Numbered from the stretch's first letter, positions 55,003-63,723 are shown. The stretch: DNA of 64,000 nucleotides from Ferrovibrio sp. (GCF_025869515.1 NZ_JAOZVR010000055.1:389-64388); one strand, 5' to 3'. Program-made: numbers and translations. The notes: generated from the sequence alone by a model not told the origin.

Positions 55003-56082
55003 TCAGCCCCGCATCATGACCTGGCGGAAGCCGACCATGCGGCCGGCCTCTTCATCCCACAGCGCCAGGCGGGCGCCGCGCAGCGCCTGCCACAGGCTGA
55101 GGCCCGGCATCTGCTGCAGTTCCGGCAGCGCCTCATGGCAGGCCTGCAGCCGGTAATTCGGCACCTGCGCGTTCAGGTGATGCACATGGTGATAGCCGAT
55201 ATTGCCGGTGAACCATTGCAGCAGGCGCGGCAGCCGCAGATATGAACTGCCCTCCAGCGCCGCCGTCACCGCACGCCAGTCGGTCTGTCGCGTCCACAGC
55301 GTGGTCTCGAAACGGTGCTGCACCGAAAACAGCCAGACGCCGATGGTGGCGGCGATCACCATCACCGGCAGCTGCACCAGCAGCATGGCGCGGAAGCCGA
55401 GCGTGAAGCCCAGGCCGAGCACCAGCGCCAGCAGCGCCAGGTTGGTGAGATGCACTGACAGCCGTTCGGCGCGCCAGGCGCGCGGCGTGTCGAAGGGCAG
55501 GCGGTAGAGCAGCAGGAAAATCACCGGCGGCAGGATCAGCAGCGCCACCACCGGATGGCACAGGATGCGATAGCGCAGCCGGCCGAAGCGGCTCATGGCG
55601 CGGTATTCGGCCACGGTCAGGCAGCTCGAATACATATCCACGCCGCCCTCCCGGCGGTCCAGGTTGTTCCAGGCGGCATGATGGCCAGCATGCTGGCGCC
55701 GCCAGTTGGCAAACGGCGTCGCGGTGAACAGGCTGCAGATCCAGCCCAGCCATTCGTTGGCGCGGCGCGAGCGGAAGAAGGAGCCATGTCCGCAATCGTG
55801 CTGGATGATGAAAATGCGCACGACGAAACCGGCGGCCAGCACCGCCGGCGGCAGGATCGCCCAGAACGGCAGGCCGAGCGCGAGCCCGACATACATCGCC
55901 GCGCAGAGCGCGAGGAAGGGCAGGAAGCTGGTGGCGATCTGCCACAGCGAGCGGCGGAGCAGCGGCCCCTGATAGCCGGCGACGGCCTGGCGCAGGTTGG
56001 CGGCGGGCGGCGCGGCGGCGCGCGCGAAGGATGACCGATCCCCGGCAGCCTGCGGGGCGGTTGGCATGGACTGGTCCGACAC
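55003..56082 (-). CDS. Membrane fatty acid desaturase, Des-like
   Basis: His boxes HDCGH, HAGHH and HHVHH; IGVWLFSVQH.FE. Confidence 0.93.
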   Translation of the reverse strand: MSDQSMPTAPQAAGDRSSFARAAAPPAANLRQAVAGYQGPLLRRSLWQIATSFLPFLALCAAMYVGLALGLPFWAILPPAVLAAGFVVRIFIIQHDCGHGSFFRSRRANEWLGWICSLFTATPFANWRRQHAGHHAAWNNLDRREGGVDMYSSCLTVAEYRAMSRFGRLRYRILCHPVVALLILPPVIFLLLYRLPFDTPRAWRAERLSVHLTNLALLALVLGLGFTLGFRAMLLVQLPVMVIAATIGVWLFSVQHRFETTLWTRQTDWRAVTAALEGSSYLRLPRLLQWFTGNIGYHHVHHLNAQVPNYRLQACHEALPELQQMPGLSLWQALRGARLALWDEEAGRMVGFRQVMMRG

Positions 56083-56221
56083 GGGACCTCGCTTTCGACA
56101 GGAGCAAGAATGCCGTTATCTTACTGCGAAAGCGGAAGAAACACGAATCGCCCAGTGTTTACGCGGTTTTCAGCCAATGCCGCAACGACAGCGGCAAACC
56201 CGGCAAGGGCTGGGAGTCGTT

Positions 56222-56785
56222 TTACTCCGGCTTGCCGCCCCGGCTTCTTGCGAGGATGGCCTGCACCTGCTGCCACAATTCACGCGTGCCGATCCCGCCG
56301 AGCTGCTGGGCGCGTTTGTAGGCTTCATCGGCGCCGAGACCGGATTGCTGCAGGTTGCCAAGGACCCGCTCGAGCGTCGCATTGCCGAAATCCCCGGCAG
56401 AGACCGTCATGCGTTTCGCGTAGAGATCCGGCCGCTGGTCCTGCAGGCCCTGCACCCACTGCGCGAGTGCGATATCGATCGCAACGCACATGTCGAGCGC
56501 GGCGTGATAGCGCGGCATACCCTTGATCTTGTCGTAGCAGCCTGTCGCCGCCTCGATCGCCCAGTTGAGTCCGGTATCCGGCACCACCAGCCCGCCGGCA
56601 AACGGGATCATGACGGCACGGACATTGGTTTCCACATCGACGGTGTCTGCAGCCAGCGCATCCTGGAAGCGCTCGCTCTCGCCGGTTGCCCGCGCCGGCA
56701 GGCTGTCGAGGCAGAGCGCGGCCAGCAGCGGCACGATCCACAACACGCGGAAAGCTGGCCCGGATGCAGCAGGACAAAGATGCAT
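56222..56785 (-). CDS. Hypothetical exported protein
   Basis: Signal-like VLWIVPLLAALCLDSLPARA; two Cys in the mature part; start uncertain. Confidence 0.55.
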   Translation of the reverse strand: MHLCPAASGPAFRVLWIVPLLAALCLDSLPARATGESERFQDALAADTVDVETNVRAVMIPFAGGLVVPDTGLNWAIEAATGCYDKIKGMPRYHAALDMCVAIDIALAQWVQGLQDQRPDLYAKRMTVSAGDFGNATLERVLGNLQQSGLGADEAYKRAQQLGGIGTRELWQQVQAILARSRGGKPE

Positions 56786-56908
56786 GGGAACTCCGGATCG
56801 AGGCGGAGAGACTGCATTTTTTTAGCATATCCGCCGGCGGCGGCTGTAGCGGATTTTGCGACCGCTCACCGCGTCACGGTATGGTGACTGCGCGGTTATG
56901 CGCCACGG

Positions 56909-57541
56909 TCAGCGCCGCGCCTCCAGCGCCATGCGCACGGCGAGACCGGCCAGCACGGTGCCCATCAGCCAGCGCTGCATGAGAAGCCAGAGCGGCCGGC
57001 CGGCGAGGAAACCGGCGATGCTGCCGGCCGTCAGCGCGATCAGGCAGTTCACGCTGACGCTGATGACGATCTGGATGAAACCGAGCGTGATCGACTGGCC
57101 CAGCACATTGCCCTGCTCCGGAGTGAGAAACTGCGGCAGCAGCGACAGATACAGCATGGCGATCTTGGGATTGAGCAGATTGGTGACCAGCCCCATGACG
57201 AACAGCTTGCGCGGACTGTCCTGCGGCAGCTGTTTCACCTGAAACGGCGAACGGCCGCCGGGCCTGATCGCCTGCCAGGCGAGAAACAGCAGATAGGCGG
57301 CGCCGCCGTAGCACAGGGCCTCGTAGGCATAGGGCACCACCAGCAGCAAAGCGGTGATGCCGAAGGCGGCGGCCAGCATGTAGAAAACGAAGCCGAGCGC
57401 CACGCCGCCGAGCGAGATGATGCCGGCCATGCGGCCCTGGCAGATCGAGCGCGAGATCAGGTAGATCATATTCGGGCCGGGCGTCAGCACCATGCCGAAG
57501 GACACGGCGGCGAAGGCCAGCAGGTTTGCGGTGGTGGGCAT
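56909..57541 (-). CDS. LysE/RhtB-family exporter
   Basis: LTPGPNMIYLISRS...GAAYLLFLAW...TNLLNPK. Confidence 0.92.
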   Translation of the reverse strand: MPTTANLLAFAAVSFGMVLTPGPNMIYLISRSICQGRMAGIISLGGVALGFVFYMLAAAFGITALLLVVPYAYEALCYGGAAYLLFLAWQAIRPGGRSPFQVKQLPQDSPRKLFVMGLVTNLLNPKIAMLYLSLLPQFLTPEQGNVLGQSITLGFIQIVISVSVNCLIALTAGSIAGFLAGRPLWLLMQRWLMGTVLAGLAVRMALEARR

Positions 57542-57626
57542 GGGGGATGGCTCCGATGTTTTTTGCCATCCTAGCCAGCACAGCATCCGGCTTCATCCAC
57601 GGAATTGTCGGGCAACAATCAAAAAG

Positions 57627-57736
57627 CCCCTCACCCTCCCGCCGCTCACGCGTCGGGCCCCTCCCTCTCCCATTTCATGGGAGAGGGACACAGATCGCCC
57701 CCTCTCCCATGAAATGGGAGAGGGTTGGGGTGAGGG
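57627..57736. repeat. Second palindromic REP-like family: CCCTCACCC...GGGTGAGGG enclosing two CCCTCTCCCAT/ATGGGAGAGGG hairpins
   Basis: Hairpins at 57663-57687 (loop TTC) and 57700-57724 (loop GAA) are exact reverse complements. Confidence 0.9.
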
Positions 57737-57758
57737 TGCTTCCGTCGCGCACCACCCC

Positions 57759-58574
57759 TTAACGCACGGCGGGTACGGCATCCTTGGCCGCCCGGTCGAT
57801 CACGTCGGCGACCACCTTCGGCTGCGTCATGAAGACCGCATGGCTGGCGGGCACTTCCGTCACCTTCGCGTTGATGCGCCTGGCCATGTGCTGCAGCATT
57901 TTCTGGTCGAAGGCCTTGTCGTCGGTGGCGATTACCGCCCAGCTCGGCTTTGTGCGCCAGGCGGCATTCGTCAGCTTGGTGCCGAAGGCTGACATGGCGA
58001 TCGGCACCTGCGAGTCACGCATGAAGGCGGCATCCGCATCGCTGGTATCAGCCGCGAAGCCGGCCTTGAACTGTTGCGGCTTCACATAGCCATAGCCGTC
58101 GCTGTGCACGTCGAGCACGAATTCGGGCGGCGTGGTGAAGCCTTCATACTGCTGCGCCGTGGTTTCGCCGGCATCGGGCGAAAGGGCAGAGACATAGACC
58201 AGGCCGGCGACCTTCGGATCGATGCCGGCTTCGGTGATCACGGTGCCGCCCCAGGAATGACCGACCAGGATGGACGGGCCGTTCTGGCGCGCCAGCGCGC
58301 GCCGCGTGGCGGCGACATCATCGGCCAGCGAGGTCAGCGGATTCTGCACGATGGTGACGCGGTAGCCGCGCGCGGTCAGGTCGTCGTAGACGCCGCGCCA
58401 GCCCGAACCATCGGCGAAGGCGCCGTGCACCAGCACGACATTTTTAACGGCCTGCGTGTCGGGGATGCGGTCGGCGGCATGGGCGCCTATGGCGGTGACA
58501 GTGGCGCTGGCCATGCCGATCGAGACGATGGCAGCACTCAGAATATGACGGGTCTTCGCGGACATGGCTTTCAT
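57759..58574 (-). CDS. Exported alpha/beta hydrolase
   Basis: VLVHGAFADGSGW, VGHSWGG, ASHAVF; signal peptide. Confidence 0.9.
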   Translation of the reverse strand: MKAMSAKTRHILSAAIVSIGMASATVTAIGAHAADRIPDTQAVKNVVLVHGAFADGSGWRGVYDDLTARGYRVTIVQNPLTSLADDVAATRRALARQNGPSILVGHSWGGTVITEAGIDPKVAGLVYVSALSPDAGETTAQQYEGFTTPPEFVLDVHSDGYGYVKPQQFKAGFAADTSDADAAFMRDSQVPIAMSAFGTKLTNAAWRTKPSWAVIATDDKAFDQKMLQHMARRINAKVTEVPASHAVFMTQPKVVADVIDRAAKDAVPAVR

Positions 58575-58583
58575 CCTTCTGCA

Positions 58584-58663
58584 ATTGCGATAACTATTAT
58601 CGCAATAACTATTGTTTAGCCTTATCCCGATATGTCCGTCAAGCATAATTTTTATCGCGATAT
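58584..58663. promoter_or_regulatory. Multiple TTATCGCGATA-like operators for the OhrR-like regulator
   Basis: ATTGCGATAA-CTA-TTATCGCAAT perfect inverted repeat (58584-58606), TTATCCCGATAT at 58622, TTATCGCGATAT at 58652. Confidence 0.7.
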
Positions 58664-58709
58664 CTGTTTTTGCGATTATAATAGCGGTATAAAGGCGAAG
58701 GAGCCTGCC

Positions 58710-59180
58710 ATGAACGAGAAAAAACCCAGCAATCCTGCCCCCTTGGACGATCAGCTCTGCTACGCCATCTATTCGGCGGGCATGGCCATCCAGCGGGTCT
58801 ACAAGCCCCTGCTCGACCGGCTCGGCCTGACCTATCCGCAGTATCTCGTGCTCAATGTGCTGTGGCGCGAGGACGGGCAGACCGTCGGCGCCATCGCCGA
58901 AAAGCTGGCGCTGGAATCGAGCACCCTGACGCCCCTGCTGAAGCGGCTGGAAGCCGCCGGTCTGCTGCAGCGGACGCGAAACCCGGAAAACGAGCGCCAG
59001 GTCGTCATCGCGCTGACCGATCGGGGGCGCGCGATCAGGTCCGAGGCCGGCTGCCTGAACGAAGCTCTGCTGGCAGCATCCAGACAGCCTCTCGCAGACC
59101 TGGGCAACCTGAACCGGGATGTCCGGCAGCTTCGCGACACGCTCTATGCCAGTATCGGCAGCTGGACCACGCCGACCTGA
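58710..59180 (+). CDS. OhrR-like MarR regulator
   Basis: LDDQLCYAIYSA (sensor Cys)...LGLTYPQYLV...SSTLTPLLKRLE..G...R.R...ERQV. Confidence 0.9.
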   Translation: MNEKKPSNPAPLDDQLCYAIYSAGMAIQRVYKPLLDRLGLTYPQYLVLNVLWREDGQTVGAIAEKLALESSTLTPLLKRLEAAGLLQRTRNPENERQVVIALTDRGRAIRSEAGCLNEALLAASRQPLADLGNLNRDVRQLRDTLYASIGSWTTPT

Positions 59181-59198
59181 CCGGCAGGCGCAAAACGA

Positions 59199-59666
59199 TC
59201 AGGGATTAACCACCCGCTCCAGGATGCTGAGCTGCGCCGGGCCGATCTCCGTATCGATCACCTGCCAGCCGCGCTTTTCATAAAAGCCCTGCACGGCGGG
59301 GCGTGCCGAGAGATAGAGCCGTGCGATGCCGAGCGCGGCGGCGCGGCGTTCGATCTCGGCCACCAGCGCGGCGCCAAGGCCGGCCTTGCGACGGTCCGGC
59401 GCCACCCACAGCGCCGCCAGCCAGGGCGCGAGGTCGGAGCGTTCCGGTTCGTCGCAGGCGATCAGCGAGGCGGTTCCGCAGAAAACGCCATCGCGTTCCG
59501 CCGCCAGGGTGAAGGGCAGATCACCCGGCACCAGATGCTTGCGAAAGCCAGCCTGCAGATCGGAAAGCGCACTGCCCTTATGCTGCCAGAAGGTCGCCCA
59601 GATGGCGGTCGCCACCGCATCGAGCAGGTCGGGCCGGTCACGCAGGTCATGGATGGTGCAGATCAT
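59199..59666 (-). CDS. GNAT acetyltransferase
   Basis: PWLAALWV.P..R..GLG..LV...LYL...FYEKRGW. Confidence 0.88.
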   Translation of the reverse strand: MICTIHDLRDRPDLLDAVATAIWATFWQHKGSALSDLQAGFRKHLVPGDLPFTLAAERDGVFCGTASLIACDEPERSDLAPWLAALWVAPDRRKAGLGAALVAEIERRAAALGIARLYLSARPAVQGFYEKRGWQVIDTEIGPAQLSILERVVNP

Positions 59667-59750
59667 CGTGCCGGAATAATGCCTGGCGCCCGCTGCGGCA
59701 ACAGCGCTAGGCACAGACAAGCATGAAGCGCGATCTGGCCGGCATAAACG

Positions 59751-59777
59751 AAAATGGGCGGCCCGGATGGACCGCCC
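59751..59777 (-). terminator. Intrinsic terminator after the PRC-barrel gene
   Basis: Minus strand GGGCGGTCC-ATCC-GGGCCGCCC followed by ATTTT. Confidence 0.7.
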
Positions 59778-59819
59778 GCTCGCTGACCGGCCGGGGCCGG
59801 TCTCTCGGATACGCCGTCC

Positions 59820-60398
59820 CTAGTTGGTCCAGACGCCGCTGTCGCTGAACAGCTTGCCGCGGAAGGATTTGTCGGAATACTGGTATTCCGGCATCGCCTT
59901 GAGCTGGTCCTTGGTCAGCGTGGTGCGCACGCTGTCGCCGCCATCGGCGACGGTCAGCGCATTCCAGCCGACCGAGACATTGCGTTCGCCAAGGCCGAGA
60001 AATCCGCCGACGCCGACGATGACCGACTGCACCTTGCCGTCCTTGTCGACATAGACCGACTCGACCTCGCCGATGGTCTCGCCATTGGCATTCTTCAGGT
60101 CGGAGCCGAGCAGTTCCTTGGCATCGACGCTGGCGGTCATGGACGTTGCCGGGCCCGTCGTGGTGGTGCCCGTCGTCGTCCCGGCCGACGTACCGGCCGA
60201 CGTACCGTTCTGGCCGTTCTGGCTGCCGGTGGCGGCGGAACCCGGCGTTGCCGCCGTATTGGGCCCCGGCACCGTCGGGCTCGACTGCGTGGTCGCGGGA
60301 TTGGCATCCTGCTTCTTCATGTCATCGGCCGCCAGGGCGGTCCCGCTCAGGGCCAGGCCGGCTATGGCCGTCGTAATCGCAAGATATCGCGCTCGCAT
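59820..60398 (-). CDS. Exported PRC-barrel domain protein
   Basis: Signal peptide, Thr/Gly-rich linker, LLGSDLKNANGETIGEVE...VIVGVGGFLGLGE..V.V; AAGGAG SD. Confidence 0.9.
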   Translation of the reverse strand: MRARYLAITTAIAGLALSGTALAADDMKKQDANPATTQSSPTVPGPNTAATPGSAATGSQNGQNGTSAGTSAGTTTGTTTTGPATSMTASVDAKELLGSDLKNANGETIGEVESVYVDKDGKVQSVIVGVGGFLGLGERNVSVGWNALTVADGGDSVRTTLTKDQLKAMPEYQYSDKSFRGKLFSDSGVWTN

Positions 60399-60412
60399 TG
60401 AAATCTCCTTTT

Positions 60413-60438
60413 GAATGGGTTGAACGAATGGGTTGAAC
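60413..60438. repeat. Exact 13-bp tandem duplication of GAATGGGTTGAAC
   Basis: Copies at 60413 and 60426, next to the PRC-barrel SD. Confidence 0.95.
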
Positions 60439-60486
60439 ACCCGCCTGGGCGGCTGCCTGCGGAGCCGCGCGGCCAGGCAGATGTCG

Positions 60487-60512
60487 AACCCGCTGCACAG
60501 CGCCGATGTTCC
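60487..60512 (-). promoter_or_regulatory. Sigma-EcfG-type promoter for the PRC-barrel gene
   Basis: Minus strand GGAAC (60512-60508), N17, GGTT (60490-60487). Confidence 0.62.
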
Positions 60513-60627
60513 GATTTTTCCGAGATCGCCTGAGGCGCCAGCGGTCCTCTTGATTTCGACCGTATGTTCCCTATATGTACTCATCTCGGGTTGTGCCCGA
60601 CCGCAGCCTGGACAAGGAGAAAGCGAA

Positions 60628-60748
60628 TAAAACGGAATAAGCCTCGCATAAGCCGGCATAAGCCCGCGATAAGTGGAAATAGACCCGCACTAAGCCGGCT
60701 TAAGCCCCGCGTCAGCTGCGGATAGCGCCCGATAAGCCAAGATAAAAC
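60628..60748. repeat. Helically phased array of 12 TAAGCC-like motifs
   Basis: Motif starts at 60628, 60638, 60649, 60659, 60670, 60680, 60691, 60701, 60712, 60723, 60733, 60743. Confidence 0.88.
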
Positions 60749-60855
60749 TGCGGCAAAGCGCATTCTTGATCGGCCGCGCCGAAGGGGCTACACCAGCCGC
60801 GCTTTCTCCTGTTCGGCCGAGTCTGCCGACTTTCCCTTTCGCATCCGAGGCTTCG

Positions 60856-62226
60856 ATGATCCCGCGCTATACCCGTCCTGAAATGGCCGCCATCTGGGAA
60901 CCGGAGCAGCGCTTCCGCATCTGGTTCGAGATCGAGGCGCATGCCTGCGATGCCCAGGCCCAGCTCGGCGTGATCCCGAAAGCCGCCGCGAAAGAGGTGT
61001 GGAAGAAGGGCAAATGGGACATCGCCCGCATCGATGCGATCGAGCGCGAGACCAAGCATGACGTCATCGCCTTCCTGACCAATCTTGCCGAATATGTCGG
61101 CCCGGCCGCGCGCTTCGTGCACCAGGGCATGACCTCGTCGGATGTGCTGGATACCTGCCTGAATGTGCAGCTGGTGCGCGCCGCCGATCTGCTGATTGCC
61201 GGCACCGACCGCGTGCTGGCCGCGCTGAAAGAGCGCGCCTTCGAATTCAAGCTGCTGCCCACCATCGGCCGCAGTCACGGCATCCATGCCGAGCCGACCA
61301 CCTTCGGGCTGAAGCTCGCCGGCTTCCATGCCGAATTCCAGCGCGCCCGCCGCCGCCTGGTCGCCGCGCGCGAGGAAGTCGCCACCTGCGCGATTTCCGG
61401 CGCGGTGGGCACCTTCGCCAATGTCGATCCTTTTGTTGAGGAATGGGTGGCGAAGAAGCTCGGCCTGCAGCCCGAGACCGTCTCGACCCAGGTGATCCCG
61501 CGCGACCGCCATGCCGCCTATTTCGCGCATCTCGCCGTGGTGGCCTCGTCGGTCGAGCGGCTCGCCACCGAGATTCGCCATCTGCAGCGCTCCGAAGTCA
61601 TGGAAGCCGAAGAGTTCTTCTCGCCCGGCCAGAAGGGCAGCTCGGCGATGCCGCACAAGCGCAACCCGGTGCTGACCGAGAACCTGACCGGTCTCGCTCG
61701 TCTGGTGCGGTCGGCGGTGATCCCGGCACTGGAAAATGTCGCGCTGTGGCATGAACGCGACATCAGCCATTCCTCGGTCGAGCGCGGCATCGGCCCGGAC
61801 GCCACCATCCATCTCGATTTCGCGCTGCATCGCCTCGCCGGCGTGATCGAGAAGCTGGTGGTCTATCCCGACAACATGATGAAGAATCTCGACCGCTTCG
61901 GCGGCCTGGTGCATTCGCAGCGCATCCTGCTGGCGCTGACCCAGGCGGGCCTGTCGCGCGAGGACAGCTATCGCCTGGTGCAGAAGCATGCCCTGAAGAT
62001 CTGGCAGCAGGGCGGCGATTTCCTGCAGGCGCTGCTGGCCGAGAAGGAAGTCACGGCGAAACTGAAGCCGGCGCAGCTGACCGCGCTGTTCGACCTCGGC
62101 TACCACCTCAAGCATGTCGACACCATCTTCGCCCGCGTCTTCGGCAAGGAAGGCGTCACGCCCGGGATCAGGAAGAAGGCCAAAAAGGCTGTAGCTAAGA
62201 AGAAGGCGGCCAAAAAGAAGCGCTGA
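60856..62226 (+). CDS. purB: Adenylosuccinate lyase with a Lys/Ala-rich C-terminal tail
   Basis: MIPRYTRPEM...TKHDVIAF...HQGMTSSDVLD...GRSHGIHAEP...GSSAMPHKRNP...WHERDISHSS. Confidence 0.98.
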   Translation: MIPRYTRPEMAAIWEPEQRFRIWFEIEAHACDAQAQLGVIPKAAAKEVWKKGKWDIARIDAIERETKHDVIAFLTNLAEYVGPAARFVHQGMTSSDVLDTCLNVQLVRAADLLIAGTDRVLAALKERAFEFKLLPTIGRSHGIHAEPTTFGLKLAGFHAEFQRARRRLVAAREEVATCAISGAVGTFANVDPFVEEWVAKKLGLQPETVSTQVIPRDRHAAYFAHLAVVASSVERLATEIRHLQRSEVMEAEEFFSPGQKGSSAMPHKRNPVLTENLTGLARLVRSAVIPALENVALWHERDISHSSVERGIGPDATIHLDFALHRLAGVIEKLVVYPDNMMKNLDRFGGLVHSQRILLALTQAGLSREDSYRLVQKHALKIWQQGGDFLQALLAEKEVTAKLKPAQLTALFDLGYHLKHVDTIFARVFGKEGVTPGIRKKAKKAVAKKKAAKKKR

Positions 62227-62297
62227 GCCTACGTCGGGATTGATCCCGGCGGCCCAGTCGTGACAGCCTCTCCCCATAACAACGGGAGAGAGACGCC

Positions 62298-63179
62298 ATG
62301 ATCGAGGCCCTGCGCACGCCGGACGAGCGGTTCGACAATCTGCCCGGCTACAGCTTCCGGCCCCACTATCTGACCCAGGCCAACGGCCTGCGCATGCATT
62401 ACCTCGACGAGGGCAAGCATGCCGGCAGGACCTTCCTCTGCCTGCATGGCCAGCCGACCTGGAGCTATCTCTACCGCAAGATGATCCCGGTCTTCACCGC
62501 GGCGGGCCATCGCGTGGTGGCGCCCGACCTGTTCGGCTTCGGCAAATCCGACAAGCCGCGCGACGACAGCGTCTATACCTTCGATTTCCACCGCGACAGC
62601 CTGATCGCGCTGATCCGCGCGCTCGACCTGCATGACATCGTGCTGGTCTGCCAGGACTGGGGCGGCCTGCTCGGCCTCACCATCCCGATGAAGATGCCCG
62701 AACGTTTCAGCGGCCTGCTGGTGATGAACACCGCGCTCGGCACCGGCGATGCGCCGCTGACGCAAGGGTTTCTCGACTGGCGGGCCTGGAACAACAAGAA
62801 CCCGGACATGGCAGTGGCCAAGCTGATGCAGCGCAGCTGCCCGCATCTGAGCGCTGAAGAAGCCGCCGCCTATGAAGCGCCCTATCCCGACCAGGACTAC
62901 AAGGGCGGCGTGCGGCGCTTCCCCAACCTGGTGCCGGATGCCCCCGACGCGCCGGGTGCCGCGACCTCGCAGCGCGCCCGCGACTTCTGGAAAAACGACT
63001 GGACCGGCACGACCATGATGGCGATCGGCATGACCGATCCGGTGCTGGGTCCGCCGGTGATGCAACATCTGCGCAAGCAGATAAAGAACTGCCCGGCGCC
63101 GCTGGAATTAGCAGACGCCGGGCATTTCGTGCAGGAATGGGGCGAACGCGTCGCGACCGAAGCGCTCGCCAGGTTCTGA
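62298..63179 (+). CDS. Haloalkane dehalogenase
   Basis: R.HYLDEG...HGQPTWSYLYR...APDLFGFGKSDKP...QDWGG...GHFVQE. Confidence 0.9.
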   Translation: MIEALRTPDERFDNLPGYSFRPHYLTQANGLRMHYLDEGKHAGRTFLCLHGQPTWSYLYRKMIPVFTAAGHRVVAPDLFGFGKSDKPRDDSVYTFDFHRDSLIALIRALDLHDIVLVCQDWGGLLGLTIPMKMPERFSGLLVMNTALGTGDAPLTQGFLDWRAWNNKNPDMAVAKLMQRSCPHLSAEEAAAYEAPYPDQDYKGGVRRFPNLVPDAPDAPGAATSQRARDFWKNDWTGTTMMAIGMTDPVLGPPVMQHLRKQIKNCPAPLELADAGHFVQEWGERVATEALARF

Positions 63180-63184
63180 AGGCC

Positions 63185-63637
63185 TTACTTCGCAAAAATT
63201 GCGGAGTCGTTGGCAAACGCCTTGAATTCGAGCGCGTTGCCCGAGGGATCGAGGAAGAACATGGTGTGCTGCTCGCCCACTTCGCCCTCGAAGCGTACAT
63301 AGGGCTCGATGATGAATTCGGTGCCCACCGCGATCAGCTTCTCGGCCAGCGCCTTCCAGGCCGGGATGGTCAGGATGACGCCGAAATGCTTCGCCGGCAC
63401 CTGATGGTCGTCGACCGAGCTATAGGCCTTGATGGTGCATTCTTCCGGCGCCAGGTGCGCCACCAGCTGATGACCGAAGAAATCGAAGTCGACCCAGTGT
63501 TCGGCCGAACGGCCCTCCGCGCAGCCGAGCAGCTCGCCGTAGAATTTGCGCGTGACGGCGATGTCCTTCACCGGGAAGGCGAGATGGAAGGGGCGGATCG
63601 CCTTGGCGGCAGTCGCGACCGGGGTCAGGGCATTCAT
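63185..63637 (-). CDS. VOC/glyoxalase-family protein, putative dioxygenase
   Basis: PFHLAFPV...WVDFDFFGHQLVAH...HFGVIL...EQHTMFFLDPSGNALEFK. Confidence 0.9.
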   Translation of the reverse strand: MNALTPVATAAKAIRPFHLAFPVKDIAVTRKFYGELLGCAEGRSAEHWVDFDFFGHQLVAHLAPEECTIKAYSSVDDHQVPAKHFGVILTIPAWKALAEKLIAVGTEFIIEPYVRFEGEVGEQHTMFFLDPSGNALEFKAFANDSAIFAK

Positions 63638-63723
63638 GAGGTAACCTCGTGCTGGGGGGCTTAAACGCGAGCGGATATTATCGACTGGTGCTGGCCCGAC
63701 AACCGATTTAAACTCGTGCCATG

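Noticed and set aside
60581-60763. 60-aa Leu-heptad ORF as an amphipathic peptide
   Set aside because: Four TTA codons and no clear SD; the Leu periodicity follows from the DNA repeat. Kept only as the alternative hypothesis.
62233-62250. Hairpin GTCGGGAT-TG-ATCCCGGC after purB as another REP copy
   Set aside because: It lacks the CGTCA tag and CCATC tail of the family; more simply a terminator-like stem.
116-63664. Many long track ORFs antisense to or overlapping real genes (for example 116-1525, 8493-10985, 11958-14354, 30628-32130, 41105-42850, 60712-62277)
   Set aside because: Shadow ORFs expected in high-GC DNA; they lack family motifs and lie over well-supported genes.
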